A stretch of 40,042 nt of DNA from Bacilli bacterium (GTDB lineage: Bacteria > Bacillota_I > Bacilli_A > RF39 > UBA660): positions 1-40,042 of the forward strand of contig JAVWBB010000003.1 of NCBI GenBank assembly GCA_036649735.1, in the 5' to 3' direction. Below are positions 19,862 to 30,248 of this stretch, piece after piece (positions within the stretch are counted from its first letter, which is position 1; every line of letters starts with the position of its first letter). Position numbers and translations under genes: made by a program. A model generated the notes under the pieces. That model made no database searches. It was not told the origin of the DNA and was given only the letters and a program-made list of their open reading frames with translations.

Positions 19862-20779
19862 CTATCTCTTTGTACTTTTTATAATACTATTTGCTGCATT
19901 CGCACCATCTGCTGCAGCTGTTATTATTTGAAATAAATCTTTTTTAACTATATCTCCGGCAGCATATATACCATCAATTTTCGTTTTCATCTTTTCATCA
20001 ACTGCTACATAGCCATCATTATCTAAAATATCTAAATTAGTTAAAAAATTACTATCCGGGCGATATCCAATAAAAATAAATATTCCTTCAGAATTAACAA
20101 CTAATTCTTCTTTTGTTTTTAAATTAAGAACATTTAAACCTATTATTTTATTATCTTTAACTACTAAGTCTTTTGCAATGCTATTAAAATAATAATTAAC
20201 ATTAGAACAAGCCTTAACTTTATCAATTAATCCTAACTCTCCAGTAAAATTATCTTTTCTGTGAATTATATTAACACTTTTACAAATATTAGATAAATAA
20301 ATTGTTTCTTCCAAAGAAGTGTTCCCACCACCTATAACAATTACATCTTTACTCTTATATAAAGTTCCATCACATGTAGCACAATAACTTATTCCATGCC
20401 CTATATATTCTTCCTCTTTATTAATTCCCAATAATTTAAATGTTCGTCCTGTTGCTATAATTATATTTTTACAAGTAATTTCTTCTAAATCTGTCTTTAC
20501 AGTTTTATATTCACCATTATCAATTATTTCTAATACATTCCCATATTTATAAGGAACGTCTAAACTTTTAATTTGTTCAAATACTTTTTCGCTAAATTCT
20601 GCTCCTGTTACTTTAAGAAATCCTGGATAATTTTCTACTGTCGATGACTTAATTATTTGTCCACCTGGTACCATTTTTTCTAACAGTAAGCAATTTACTT
20701 TAGCTCTTTTTAAATATATTGCTGCACTCATTCCAGCAACTCCACAACCTATTATTATTACATCAAAATTTAATTTCAT
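19862..20779 (-). CDS. trxB: Thioredoxin-disulfide reductase
   Basis: IIGCGVAG, ENYPG, SYCATCDG redox motif, GGGNT, AAGD; start moved to MKLNF. Confidence 0.93.
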   Translation of the reverse strand: MKLNFDVIIIGCGVAGMSAAIYLKRAKVNCLLLEKMVPGGQIIKSSTVENYPGFLKVTGAEFSEKVFEQIKSLDVPYKYGNVLEIIDNGEYKTVKTDLEEITCKNIIIATGRTFKLLGINKEEEYIGHGISYCATCDGTLYKSKDVIVIGGGNTSLEETIYLSNICKSVNIIHRKDNFTGELGLIDKVKACSNVNYYFNSIAKDLVVKDNKIIGLNVLNLKTKEELVVNSEGIFIFIGYRPDSNFLTNLDILDNDGYVAVDEKMKTKIDGIYAAGDIVKKDLFQIITAAADGANAANSIIKSTKR

Positions 20780-21575
20780 TAGTTTCCCTCTCATTATACA
20801 AGTTATCAAACTTGGCTCCACGACTGAAGTATATAATCATTATAATACCAATTATAAATAATAAAACTGATACTAAAACAGCTATTTTAATCGGACCAAG
20901 CATTAAACTATCTGCTCGATTAAATTCAATAAAGAATCTACCAAACGAATACCAGACTAAATAAAGTCCAGATAATTGACCGATCTTTAAATATTTATAT
21001 TTTCGAATAATCAAAAGTAAAAAAAATCCCGTTAAGTTCCAAATAGATTCATATAAAAAAGTTGGAACTCTATATTCCCCATCTATTCTCATACCTTCAA
21101 TAATAAAATTTGGCACTTGTAGTTTAAGTAATTGAGCCTTTGTTGTAATCGCTCCATATGCTTCACTATTAAAGAAATTACCCCACCTGCCAATTGCTTG
21201 GGCTATTAAAAGGGCTGGTGCGGCTATATCTGTTATTCTAAAAGTGTTAATTTTATATTTTCTAGTATAATATAATACAAATAAAAAGCCAAATAGTAAT
21301 CCACCATGAATAGCTAATCCACCATTCCATATTTCGAATATTTCTAAAATATTTTTACTATAATAATCAAAATTAAAGGCACAATAATATATTCTAGCGC
21401 CTAAAAACCCTACTATAATTGAATAAAAAAGTAAATTAACAAAGAAATCTTCATTAATATTTCTTTTTTTTATTTCTCTAAACATAACAATACTAGCAAA
21501 AAGGATTCCCAAAAAGATAAAGATTGAATACCAATAAATTTGAAAAAATCCTAAATCTATTGCTACCCTATTCAT
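20763..21575 (-). CDS. lgt: Prolipoprotein diacylglyceryl transferase
   Basis: GARIYY, GGLAIHGG, GRWGNFFNSE, PTFLYES, RFFIE. Confidence 0.97.
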   Translation of the reverse strand: MNRVAIDLGFFQIYWYSIFIFLGILFASIVMFREIKKRNINEDFFVNLLFYSIIVGFLGARIYYCAFNFDYYSKNILEIFEIWNGGLAIHGGLLFGFLFVLYYTRKYKINTFRITDIAAPALLIAQAIGRWGNFFNSEAYGAITTKAQLLKLQVPNFIIEGMRIDGEYRVPTFLYESIWNLTGFFLLLIIRKYKYLKIGQLSGLYLVWYSFGRFFIEFNRADSLMLGPIKIAVLVSVLLFIIGIIMIIYFSRGAKFDNLYNERETNEIKF

Positions 21576-22011
21576 TTTCTTTTAATCTTTCTAGTATTGG
21601 TTTAATTATGAATCCTTCCATTAATATATTAAGTACTGAAATTAATATTGCAATAACAAATAATATAAATGTTCCATGTAAAACAAACTTACTACCCAAT
21701 AATAATTCAACCATTTTTAAAACAAATATATTTAATACTGGATAAAATAATCCCATTGTAAGTCCTGTAATTGGAAGGGTTAAAAAGAATAGAATTGGTT
21801 TAACAGTTTTATTTAATGCATAAATTAAAACTGCGGCCAATAAATAATAAAGTCCAAAGTAACTACTGTCTATTTGGAAAGATTTTTTAAATAGTGTTGC
21901 AATAATAACTAATACAACTGCATATCCCACCATATAAACTAACCAATCAATTAATCCCATTAATCTTCTTTTTTTAATATCTTTTTTGTTTTCAACGATA
22001 ATCATTCCCAT
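21568..22011 (-). CDS. YvlD-like 4-TM membrane protein (phage holin superfamily IV annotation)
   Basis: LNxxVKPILxxLTLPIxxLTxGLF motif; conserved position between uvrA and lgt. Confidence 0.85.
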   Translation of the reverse strand: MGMIIVENKKDIKKRRLMGLIDWLVYMVGYAVVLVIIATLFKKSFQIDSSYFGLYYLLAAVLIYALNKTVKPILFFLTLPITGLTMGLFYPVLNIFVLKMVELLLGSKFVLHGTFILFVIAILISVLNILMEGFIIKPILERLKENE

Positions 22012-22022
22012 AAATTAACTCC

Positions 22023-24830
22023 TTATAATACTTTTTTTAAAAATTCTCCAGTATATGACTCTTTAACTTTGACTATTTCCTCAGGTGTTCCTAAAGCAAT
22101 AATTTCTCCACCCATATCTCCACCCTCAGGACCTAAATCAATAATATAGTCTGCACACTTAATTACTTCTAAGTTATGCTCTATCACAATTACTGTATCT
22201 TTATTATCTACTATTTTTTGAATTATTGCAAGTAGTCTCTTTATATCTGCACTGTGAAGCCCAGTTGTAGGCTCATCTAAAATAAATAATGTCTTTCCAG
22301 TTGCTTTTCTTTGCAATTCTTTTGCTAGTTTGACTCTACCAGCTTCTCCACCTGATAATGTTGTTGCACTTTGTCCTAATTTTATATAACCAATTCCTAC
22401 TGCCTCGAGTACTAATAATTTATTTTTTATTTTAGGAACATTATCAAAAAATTCAATTGCTTCACTAACACGCATATTTAAAATATCTGCAATATTTTTC
22501 CCTTTATATTTAATTGATAACGTTTCACTATTATACCTTGTTCCATGACACACTTCACAAGGAACATAAACATCTGGTAAGAAATGCATTTCTATTTTTT
22601 TAACTCCATCACCACGACATGCTTCACATCTTCCACCTTTTACATTAAAAGAAAATCTATTTTTAGCATAACTTAATATTTTAGCTTCTTTTGTATTTGT
22701 AAATAAATCTCTTATATCATCAAAAACACTTGTATAAGTCGCTGGATTACTTCTTGGCGTCCTACCAATTGGATCTTGCGATATTTCAACAACTTTATCA
22801 ATTAATTCTAAACCATTAATCTTTTTATGTTTTCCTGGTTTATCTTTAGTTTTATATAAATTACTACTAACACCTTTACAAAGTATCTCATTTACTAAAG
22901 TGCTTTTTCCGCTTCCTGATACTCCTGTAACACAAGTAAATAATCCAATTGGAAATTTAACCGTTATGTTTTTTAAATTATTAGCAGTCGCCCCAACTAC
23001 TTCTAAATATTCTTTTGTTGGCTTTCTTCTTTTTTTTGGTACTTCAATATATTCTTTTTTACTTAAATAGCGACCAGTAATACTATTTTCATTTTTCATA
23101 ACTTCTTGTGGTGTCCCTTTTGCAACTATATATCCTCCATCAGAACCAGCACCTGGCCCAATATCTACTAAATAATCACTAGCTAGCATTGTATCCGTAT
23201 CATGTTCTACAACAATTAAAGTATTTCCTAAATCACGCATATCTAATAAAGTTTTAATAAGTTTTTCATTATCTTTTTGATGAAGCCCAATACTAGGTTC
23301 ATCTAAAACATACAATACTCCTGTTAATCTAGAACCAATTTGAGTTGCCAAACGAATTCTTTGTGATTCTCCTCCTGATAAAGTCCCTGCCATTCTTGCT
23401 AAAGTTAAGTAACCAAGTCCCACATTAAATAAAAACATTAATCGTTCTTTTATTTCCTTAATTACTAATTTTGATATTTCTTCTTGTTGTTTTGTCAACT
23501 TAATATTATTAAAAAACTTCAGTAATTCTATTACGCTCATACAAGTAATCTGATAAATATTTTTATTATTAATTAAAATAGATAAAACACTATCTTTTAA
23601 TCTAGCCCCATGGCAAGTTTCACAAACTTCTTCAATCATATAGTTTTCTAGCCAATCTCTAATCCACTCACTTGATGTTTCCATATAACGTCTTTCTAAA
23701 TTATTAATAATTCCTTCATAATAATCTTTAGAATTAAAAGTATTCCCACTTTTTGAAGCATAATTAAAATGAATTATCTCATCACTTCCATAAAGAATAA
23801 TTTCTAATTCTCTTTTTGTATATTTATTTACTTTTTTATTTAAATCTATCTTATAATGCTTACAAGTTGCTTCCAATCTTTTATAGTAAATTCCTTCTTG
23901 ATCATCGCTTAAAGTTAAAATTGCCCCTTCATTAATTGATTTATTTTTATCCGGAATAACTAAATCAACATCTATTTTTAATTTAATTCCTAGTCCTTTA
24001 CAATCAGGGCATGCACCATAAGGGGCATTAAAACTAAAAGTTCTAGGCTCTAATTCTGGTAAAGAAAAATTGCACAGTGGGCAAGCAAAATTTTCAGAGA
24101 ATACTATTTCTTTATCCCCTACGATATCGACAATTACTTTTCCTTCTGATAACTTTGTCGATATTTCTATTGATTCATATAGTCTACTTCGACTATCTTC
24201 TTTTAAAACAATACGATCGACAATTACTTCTATCTTACTTTTTTTATTTTTATCTAAATCTATTTCTTCTATTAAATCTTTTAATTCACCATTTACTCTT
24301 ACACGTACAAATCCTTCTTTTTTTAATTTTTCTAAAGTTTCTTTATGTGTTCCCTTTTCTCCATCTACAACTGGGGACATAATAATAATCTTAGTTCCTA
24401 GTGGATATTCTAAAACTTTATTCGTTATTTCTTCAATGCTTTGTGATGAAATAGGTATTTTATGAACAGGGCAATAAGCTGTTCCTACTCTAGCGTATAA
24501 AAGTCTCAAATAATCATATATTTCCGTAACTGTTCCAACGGTTGAACGTGGATTTTTGCTTGTTGTCTTTTGATCAATGCTAATAGCTGGTGATAATCCT
24601 TCAATAGAATCAACATCAGGTTTATCAGCGTTTCCTAAAAATTGTCTAGCATAAGCAGATAAACTTTCAACATATCTTCTTTGACCTTCAGCATATATTG
24701 TATCAAACGCTAAAGAACTCTTTCCACTTCCCGATACTCCAGTCATAACAATAAGTTTATTTTTGGGTAATTCTATATCAATATTTTTTAAATTATTCTC
24801 TCTTGCACCTTTAACTATTATTTTATCCAT
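22023..24830 (-). CDS. uvrA: Excinuclease ABC subunit A
   Basis: GARENNLKN, two GVSGSGKS Walker A, zinc fingers, LSGGE; start moved to MDKII after GAGGTG. Confidence 0.99.
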   Translation of the reverse strand: MDKIIVKGARENNLKNIDIELPKNKLIVMTGVSGSGKSSLAFDTIYAEGQRRYVESLSAYARQFLGNADKPDVDSIEGLSPAISIDQKTTSKNPRSTVGTVTEIYDYLRLLYARVGTAYCPVHKIPISSQSIEEITNKVLEYPLGTKIIIMSPVVDGEKGTHKETLEKLKKEGFVRVRVNGELKDLIEEIDLDKNKKSKIEVIVDRIVLKEDSRSRLYESIEISTKLSEGKVIVDIVGDKEIVFSENFACPLCNFSLPELEPRTFSFNAPYGACPDCKGLGIKLKIDVDLVIPDKNKSINEGAILTLSDDQEGIYYKRLEATCKHYKIDLNKKVNKYTKRELEIILYGSDEIIHFNYASKSGNTFNSKDYYEGIINNLERRYMETSSEWIRDWLENYMIEEVCETCHGARLKDSVLSILINNKNIYQITCMSVIELLKFFNNIKLTKQQEEISKLVIKEIKERLMFLFNVGLGYLTLARMAGTLSGGESQRIRLATQIGSRLTGVLYVLDEPSIGLHQKDNEKLIKTLLDMRDLGNTLIVVEHDTDTMLASDYLVDIGPGAGSDGGYIVAKGTPQEVMKNENSITGRYLSKKEYIEVPKKRRKPTKEYLEVVGATANNLKNITVKFPIGLFTCVTGVSGSGKSTLVNEILCKGVSSNLYKTKDKPGKHKKINGLELIDKVVEISQDPIGRTPRSNPATYTSVFDDIRDLFTNTKEAKILSYAKNRFSFNVKGGRCEACRGDGVKKIEMHFLPDVYVPCEVCHGTRYNSETLSIKYKGKNIADILNMRVSEAIEFFDNVPKIKNKLLVLEAVGIGYIKLGQSATTLSGGEAGRVKLAKELQRKATGKTLFILDEPTTGLHSADIKRLLAIIQKIVDNKDTVIVIEHNLEVIKCADYIIDLGPEGGDMGGEIIALGTPEEIVKVKESYTGEFLKKVL

Positions 24831-24895
24831 AATCCACCTCATTAATTCCCTCCTATTATACCAAATTATTTAAATATCGTATATATTTATTATAA

Positions 24896-24922
24896 GCAAA
24901 AAGAATATTGCTATTCTTTTTT
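24896..24922 (-). terminator. Probable terminator after AAA/DUF4143 gene
   Basis: AAAAAGAATA-gcaa-TATTCTTTTT. Confidence 0.55.
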
Positions 24923-26243
24923 ACTTACTTTTACTTATTTCCTCAGCTAAACAAAATACGGCATATAGTGGTATTGACTTAATATTATTTTCAAATCCAA
25001 AATTTTTAGGTGATATTCTAATTGCATAACTAGGATTAAATTTATCAATGTAAAAGCCTAAACTTTTTGAAGTGTTATTATAACTTGATTTAATTTCTAC
25101 TGGAATTATTCCATCTTGATTATATATTAAAAAGTCTAGTTCTGCATTTCTCTTAGAAGTCCAATAATACAAAGATACTTCTTGTGATTTAAATTCCTGC
25201 GCAATATAATTTTCTGATAAGGCCCCCTTAAACATAAATAAATTATCTAACATTATATCTGATAATTTAACTTCACTTAAATTTGTAAGTATTCCTACAT
25301 CACTTAAATATAATTTAAAATTATCTTCATCTTTATATACTTTTAAAGGTTTCTCTGGCTTCGTAACATTATTACATTCCAAAATCATGTTTCCTGCTAC
25401 TAACCATTCTATAGCTGTTTGATAGTGTCTTTTCCTTGCTGTTTCTTCTAATAGTGCATATTTAAATCTCTTGTTTTCCTTTGCCAATTGACTAGGTATG
25501 TTTTTGTACACTTTCTCTATTTTTATACTTTCAATACTACTTATTGTATATTTATTCATATCAGCTATATACATATCTACAATATTTGAAAGAATTTTAG
25601 TATCAAACAGCATCACGTCATTATTACATTCTAAAAAATTGGCAACTGCTTCGGGCATTCCACCGATACACAAATAAAGTTTATATAAATAAATAGCTTT
25701 TTCATGCAAAAAGTTTGGCATACTTGAAAAGTCTTTATAACAATTTCTTATTTTATCTATTAACATTTCCTCTTTCAAAGCTATTAAAAATTCTAAGAAA
25801 TTCATTGGATACATGTATTCCATTCTTACTTTTCCTACAGGAAAAGACGAAGAAAATCTATTTATTTTAACTCCCAACAACGATCCCGCACATACAATTT
25901 TATAATTTAATTTTGATTCACAAAAATATTTTAATGAAGTAATAAACTTTTCAGATACTTGAATTTCATCAAAAAACATAATAGTTTTCTCTATGTCTAT
26001 TTTTTTCCCTATTTTTAACTCTATTTGCTCAATAATTTTAATATCATCTAAAGTGTTTTCAAATATTTCTTTTATATCTTTATCTAGTTCGATGTTAAAA
26101 TATAGGACTTCTTTAAAATTATTTTTACAAAATTGATTAATTGTATATGTTTTCCCTATTTGTCTTACACCAATAACCATCAGTGGCTTTTTCATTCCTG
26201 ACTTAACCCAATTCATCATTTTTTTTTCAAATAATCTTTGCAT
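24921..26243 (-). CDS. AAA_14 ATPase with DUF4143 / PD-(D/E)xK-like C-terminus
   Basis: GVRQIGKT, FFDEIQ, AGSLLG, GGMPEAV, KLYLSDVG, ELDFLI...PVEIKS; start moved to MQRLF after GGAGGT. Confidence 0.9.
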   Translation of the reverse strand: MQRLFEKKMMNWVKSGMKKPLMVIGVRQIGKTYTINQFCKNNFKEVLYFNIELDKDIKEIFENTLDDIKIIEQIELKIGKKIDIEKTIMFFDEIQVSEKFITSLKYFCESKLNYKIVCAGSLLGVKINRFSSSFPVGKVRMEYMYPMNFLEFLIALKEEMLIDKIRNCYKDFSSMPNFLHEKAIYLYKLYLCIGGMPEAVANFLECNNDVMLFDTKILSNIVDMYIADMNKYTISSIESIKIEKVYKNIPSQLAKENKRFKYALLEETARKRHYQTAIEWLVAGNMILECNNVTKPEKPLKVYKDEDNFKLYLSDVGILTNLSEVKLSDIMLDNLFMFKGALSENYIAQEFKSQEVSLYYWTSKRNAELDFLIYNQDGIIPVEIKSSYNNTSKSLGFYIDKFNPSYAIRISPKNFGFENNIKSIPLYAVFCLAEEISKSK

Positions 26244-26263
26244 AAATACCTCCATTCAGTTAA

Positions 26264-26292
26264 ATAATAACAAAAAAAAAGGCCTTTGTCAA
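26264..26292 (-). promoter_or_regulatory. SigA promoter of the AAA/DUF4143 gene
   Basis: TTGACA-17bp-TATTAT with extended TG; spacer contains T9. Confidence 0.7.
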
Positions 26293-26296
26293 CACA

Positions 26297-26381
26297 ATTG
26301 CACCTTTTGACACCCTCTTTTCGGACAACATTGCACCTTTTGACACCCTCTTTTTGGACAACATTGCACCTTTTGACACCC
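26297..26381. repeat. 33-bp tandem direct repeat, 2.6 copies
   Basis: ATTGCACCTTTTGACACCCTCTTTTYGGACAAC starting at 26297, 26330 and 26363 (third partial). Confidence 0.97.
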
Positions 26382-26398
26382 AAGTATCTAGATTATGC

Positions 26399-28348
26399 TT
26401 ATTTTCCGCTCTTTATTTCTAACATTATATCTCTTAATTCCATTGCTTTTTCAAAATCTAAATCTTTAGCAGCCTTACGCATTTCTTCTTCTAAACGTTC
26501 CAAAGTAAATTCTTTTTCTTTTTTAGACATCTTAATTTTTTTATCACTACCTAAATCAACATTGCTAATTAAATCTCTTATATCTTTAATAATCGTCGTA
26601 GGTATAATATTATGTGTTTTATTATATTCTTCTTGAATAGCTCGTCTTCTTTTAGTTTCACTAATTGCAAAAGCCATACTATCAGTAATTTTATTAGCAT
26701 ACATAATACACTTACCACTAGAATTTCTTGCACATCTTCCTATTGTTTGAATCAAACTCCTAGAACTCCTTAAAAATCCTTCTTTATCAGCATCTAAAAT
26801 TGCAATTAAACTTACCTCTGGTAAATCTATTCCTTCACGAAGTAAATTAATTCCCACAATACAATCATATTTACCAAGTCTTAAATCTCTAATTATTCTA
26901 AGCCTTTCTAATGTTTTAATCTCACTATGTAAATATGCCACCTTAATATCTAAATTAGTTAAATAACTAGTAAGTTCTTCGGACATTCTAATTGTTAAGG
27001 TTGTTATTAATGTTCTTTCATTTCGACTAATTCGCTCTTTTATTTCGCCAATTAAATCATCTATTTGTCCATCACTTGGCCTAACTTCGATAACTGGATC
27101 TAATAAACCAGTTGGCCTAATTATTTGTTCAACAACTTTATTATTAACTTTTGTTAATTCATAATCCCCTGGAGTTGCCGATACATAAATAGCTTGATTT
27201 ATCTTTTTTTCAAATTCTTCAAACTTTAATGGCCGGTTATCTAATGCACTTGGTAATCTAAAACCATAGTTAACTAAATTTTGTTTTCTTGCTTGATCAC
27301 CATTAAACATTCCTCTTATTTGTGGCAATGTCACATGTGACTCATCTACCACTAATAAAAAGTCATCGCCAAAAAAATCAACTAAAGCCGTAGGTGCTTC
27401 CCCGGGTAACTTACCGGACATATGTCTAGAGTAATTTTCTATACCGTTACAAAATCCTGTTTCAGCCATCATTTCTAAATCATAATTTGTTCTTTCTTTT
27501 AATCTTTGATGCTCTAATAATTTATTATTATCTAAAAAATATTTTAACTGTACCTCTAATTCTTCTTTAATTGTTTTTAGAGCATTTAATAATTTAACAT
27601 CACTTACTACGAAGTGACTAGCTGGAAATATACTAACAGATTTTTTATTTGTAATAATATTTCCTGTTACTACTTCTATTTCACTAATTCTATCTATTTT
27701 ATCGCCGAAAAATTCAATTCTAAAAGCATTACTTCTTTGATATGCAGGAATTAATTCCACAACATCCCCTTTTACACGAAATGTTCCTCTTTTAAAATCC
27801 ATATCATTTCTTTCATATAACATTTCCACAAGTTTTGTTAATAAAACGTTTCTTTCCATTGTATCGCCTATATTTAAGGTTAACATTTTATTTAAATATT
27901 CTTCTTTTTCGCCGATTCCATAAATACATGAAACAGATGCGACTACAATTACATCATCTCGTGATAATAAACTACTTGTTGCGGCATGTCTTAATTCATC
28001 TATTTCATCATTGATAGATGAATCTTTTTCTATATATGTATCAGTTGAAGGAACGTATGCTTCAGGTTGGAAATAATCATAATAAGATACAAAATACTGA
28101 ACAGCATTATTAGGAAATAATTCCTTAAATTCTGAATAAAGTTGGCCAGCTAAAGTCTTATTATGCGCTAGTATTAAAGTCTTTTTATTAACATTTTTTA
28201 TGACATTGGCAATTGTAAAAGTTTTCCCACTTCCTGTCACTCCTAATAAAACTTGTTCTTTTTTATTTGCTTTAATTCCTTCTGTTAATTCTTTAATTGC
28301 CTTAATTTGGTCTCCTGATGGGTCATATTTTGCATGTAATTCAAACAT
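26399..28348 (-). CDS. uvrB: Excinuclease ABC subunit B
   Basis: [19 protein letters not shown] beta-hairpin, [18 protein letters not shown] domain. Confidence 0.99.
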   Translation of the reverse strand: MFELHAKYDPSGDQIKAIKELTEGIKANKKEQVLLGVTGSGKTFTIANVIKNVNKKTLILAHNKTLAGQLYSEFKELFPNNAVQYFVSYYDYFQPEAYVPSTDTYIEKDSSINDEIDELRHAATSSLLSRDDVIVVASVSCIYGIGEKEEYLNKMLTLNIGDTMERNVLLTKLVEMLYERNDMDFKRGTFRVKGDVVELIPAYQRSNAFRIEFFGDKIDRISEIEVVTGNIITNKKSVSIFPASHFVVSDVKLLNALKTIKEELEVQLKYFLDNNKLLEHQRLKERTNYDLEMMAETGFCNGIENYSRHMSGKLPGEAPTALVDFFGDDFLLVVDESHVTLPQIRGMFNGDQARKQNLVNYGFRLPSALDNRPLKFEEFEKKINQAIYVSATPGDYELTKVNNKVVEQIIRPTGLLDPVIEVRPSDGQIDDLIGEIKERISRNERTLITTLTIRMSEELTSYLTNLDIKVAYLHSEIKTLERLRIIRDLRLGKYDCIVGINLLREGIDLPEVSLIAILDADKEGFLRSSRSLIQTIGRCARNSSGKCIMYANKITDSMAFAISETKRRRAIQEEYNKTHNIIPTTIIKDIRDLISNVDLGSDKKIKMSKKEKEFTLERLEEEMRKAAKDLDFEKAMELRDIMLEIKSGK

Positions 28349-28519
28349 ATTTATTTCCTCCTAATACTTTATTATGAGTATCTATAATTATATAATTCAT
28401 ATAACTAACTTTTAATTTTAAATTACTCTACGCATTTTCCTCGTTTTTTACAAACTAGTTTTTATGACAAATAATACTTAGCGGTATAACTAATAACTAT
28501 ATGAATTTAATGTTACTAT

Positions 28520-28528
28520 ATTCTACCA
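28520..28528 (-). promoter_or_regulatory. Extended -10 promoter for uvrB
   Basis: TGgTAGAAT about 170 nt upstream of the uvrB start. Confidence 0.5.
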
Positions 28529-28643
28529 TTTATGCTTAGAAAAAACAAGATTACTAAGAAAGTGACCTTGTTTTTCGTTAAAGTTTAATCAGATAAATCC
28601 TAGGTTTAAGACTTATTTTAATTAAAATTTGTAAAAAGTATAA

Positions 28644-29348
28644 TTATAACAAACTATCTTCAATTAATTCAGCCAACTTTTTAGCTGCTAACTCATTTAA
28701 ATGAATACTATCAACCGTAACTTCAAGTTCCCTTTTTTGGGATATTTGCATTGAAAATGGTAAAACCGAAGTCTTAACTGTATCTAACATTAACCCCATG
28801 TTAGTTTTACCCCAAACGTATAAATTACCCTTTTTTGTTTTTAATTCTTCTTCCATTTTTCGCAAATCAACATATGAAATGTTATGCTTTTTAGCTAATT
28901 TTTTTACAATAATATTATATTCTTTAAACTTTTCATCAATACCTAAATCATCGTTTTCAACGATTGGCAAACCAATAATTCCTATTTTTTTATTATGAGA
29001 TTTTAACAATCTTATCAATTCTTCATATTGTTCTTCAAACTTATTAATATTGTTAGTTGGTATACAATTTAATACTTCTTTTTTTAAATCTACAAACTTA
29101 TCCCAATATTTAGAATGTTCTTCTAAAATAGGCACTAATATATCATTTGCCCCTACTTCAATAATATATTTTTCTATATCATCATATTTATGATTACTAA
29201 GCATTCTATTTATTCTTTTAGTTACACCAAATAAGGTGTCCCCACCTATTCCTTTATTAATTAAATTCGTTTTATCCTTTAAGTGTTTCCAATAAGAAAC
29301 TCCTGGAAGTCCACTAGTTAAACTATCCCCTACAAATACAGTTTTCAT
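28644..29348 (-). CDS. SGNH/GDSL hydrolase
   Basis: GDSLT block I, GIGG block II, GAND block III, DSIH block V. Confidence 0.92.
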   Translation of the reverse strand: MKTVFVGDSLTSGLPGVSYWKHLKDKTNLINKGIGGDTLFGVTKRINRMLSNHKYDDIEKYIIEVGANDILVPILEEHSKYWDKFVDLKKEVLNCIPTNNINKFEEQYEELIRLLKSHNKKIGIIGLPIVENDDLGIDEKFKEYNIIVKKLAKKHNISYVDLRKMEEELKTKKGNLYVWGKTNMGLMLDTVKTSVLPFSMQISQKRELEVTVDSIHLNELAAKKLAELIEDSLL

Positions 29349-29360
29349 TTTTACCTCTAA

Positions 29361-30248
29361 TTACTTTCCTCCATCAACTTGATATGCATCGCTTACAACA
29401 ACAAAAGCTTCATTATCAACCATTGTTATTCCTTCTTTTAATAAAAAATATTCTTTACTGGGAATGACTGTCATTAACATCTTCTTTTTATCTAAAATAA
29501 AGCCACCTTTAGTATCAAAAACTGTAACTCCTCTTTTTAAATTATTTATTATATAATCTTCAATTTCTTTTTCTTTTTTAGTGATGATATAAAAACATTT
29601 ATTTTTCGATATTCCCAGTAAAACTTTATCAGTTATGACAGAACTAATATACAATATAATTATAGCATACATTACTTTTTCCCAACCAAAGACAAATCCC
29701 CCAATTAAAACTATTACCGAATTGATTGTAAGTGATGTCTTAGATAAAGATATTTTAAAATATTTATATAATATTTGACTAATTATATTAAAACCACCAC
29801 CACTAAAACCGATTTTAAACGTAATCCCACTAGTTACACCACTAATAATACCTACTATTAATGAAACTAATATCAAATCACTTGTATCTATTCTAAGCAT
29901 ACTAATGTATGGTGCGGTGACTTCTACTAAAAAAGGATAAATTAAGGTTGATACAACGGCACTAGAAGTTTTTTCAAACCCTAATGCAAATAAACTAACG
30001 ATTAATAATGATGATCCTAAAACCAATATAAATAAAGACGGTTTAATACCCAATAATGATTCCATAATTATTGATAAACCACCCACACCACCTGCTACTA
30101 TTTTAGTAGAAAATAAAAACATATTAAAACTTATTGCCGAAATAAATAACATACAAATTAAAATGAAATATCGCAAAAATAATTTCTTTTTTTTAATATT
30201 TTTTAATACCTCAAAAAACTTATTATTATTTAATATCCCTTCATCCAT
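29361..30248 (-). CDS. YitT-family membrane protein
   Basis: GGVGGLSII, multiple TMs, RGVT...GGF and AFVVVSDAYQVDG C-terminal DUF2179-type domain. Confidence 0.92.
   Translation of the reverse strand: MDEGILNNNKFFEVLKNIKKKKLFLRYFILICMLFISAISFNMFLFSTKIVAGGVGGLSIIMESLLGIKPSLFILVLGSSLLIVSLFALGFEKTSSAVVSTLIYPFLVEVTAPYISMLRIDTSDLILVSLIVGIISGVTSGITFKIGFSGGGFNIISQILYKYFKISLSKTSLTINSVIVLIGGFVFGWEKVMYAIIILYISSVITDKVLLGISKNKCFYIITKKEKEIEDYIINNLKRGVTVFDTKGGFILDKKKMLMTVIPSKEYFLLKEGITMVDNEAFVVVSDAYQVDGGK

Noticed and set aside
21568-22011. Prophage holin
   Set aside because: YvlD-like housekeeping membrane protein in conserved context; no phage genes nearby
26297-26381. Mini CRISPR array
   Set aside because: The 14-bp inter-repeat segments are nearly identical and too short for spacers; no cas genes
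26286-26636. 116-aa + strand ORF with LHLLTP repeats
   Set aside because: By-product of the 33-bp (in-frame) repeat plus uvrB antisense; TTG start and no RBS
28394-28507. Purine riboswitch (UCAUAUA start)
   Set aside because: Lacks the AUAUGG, UUUCUACC and CCGUAAA core motifs
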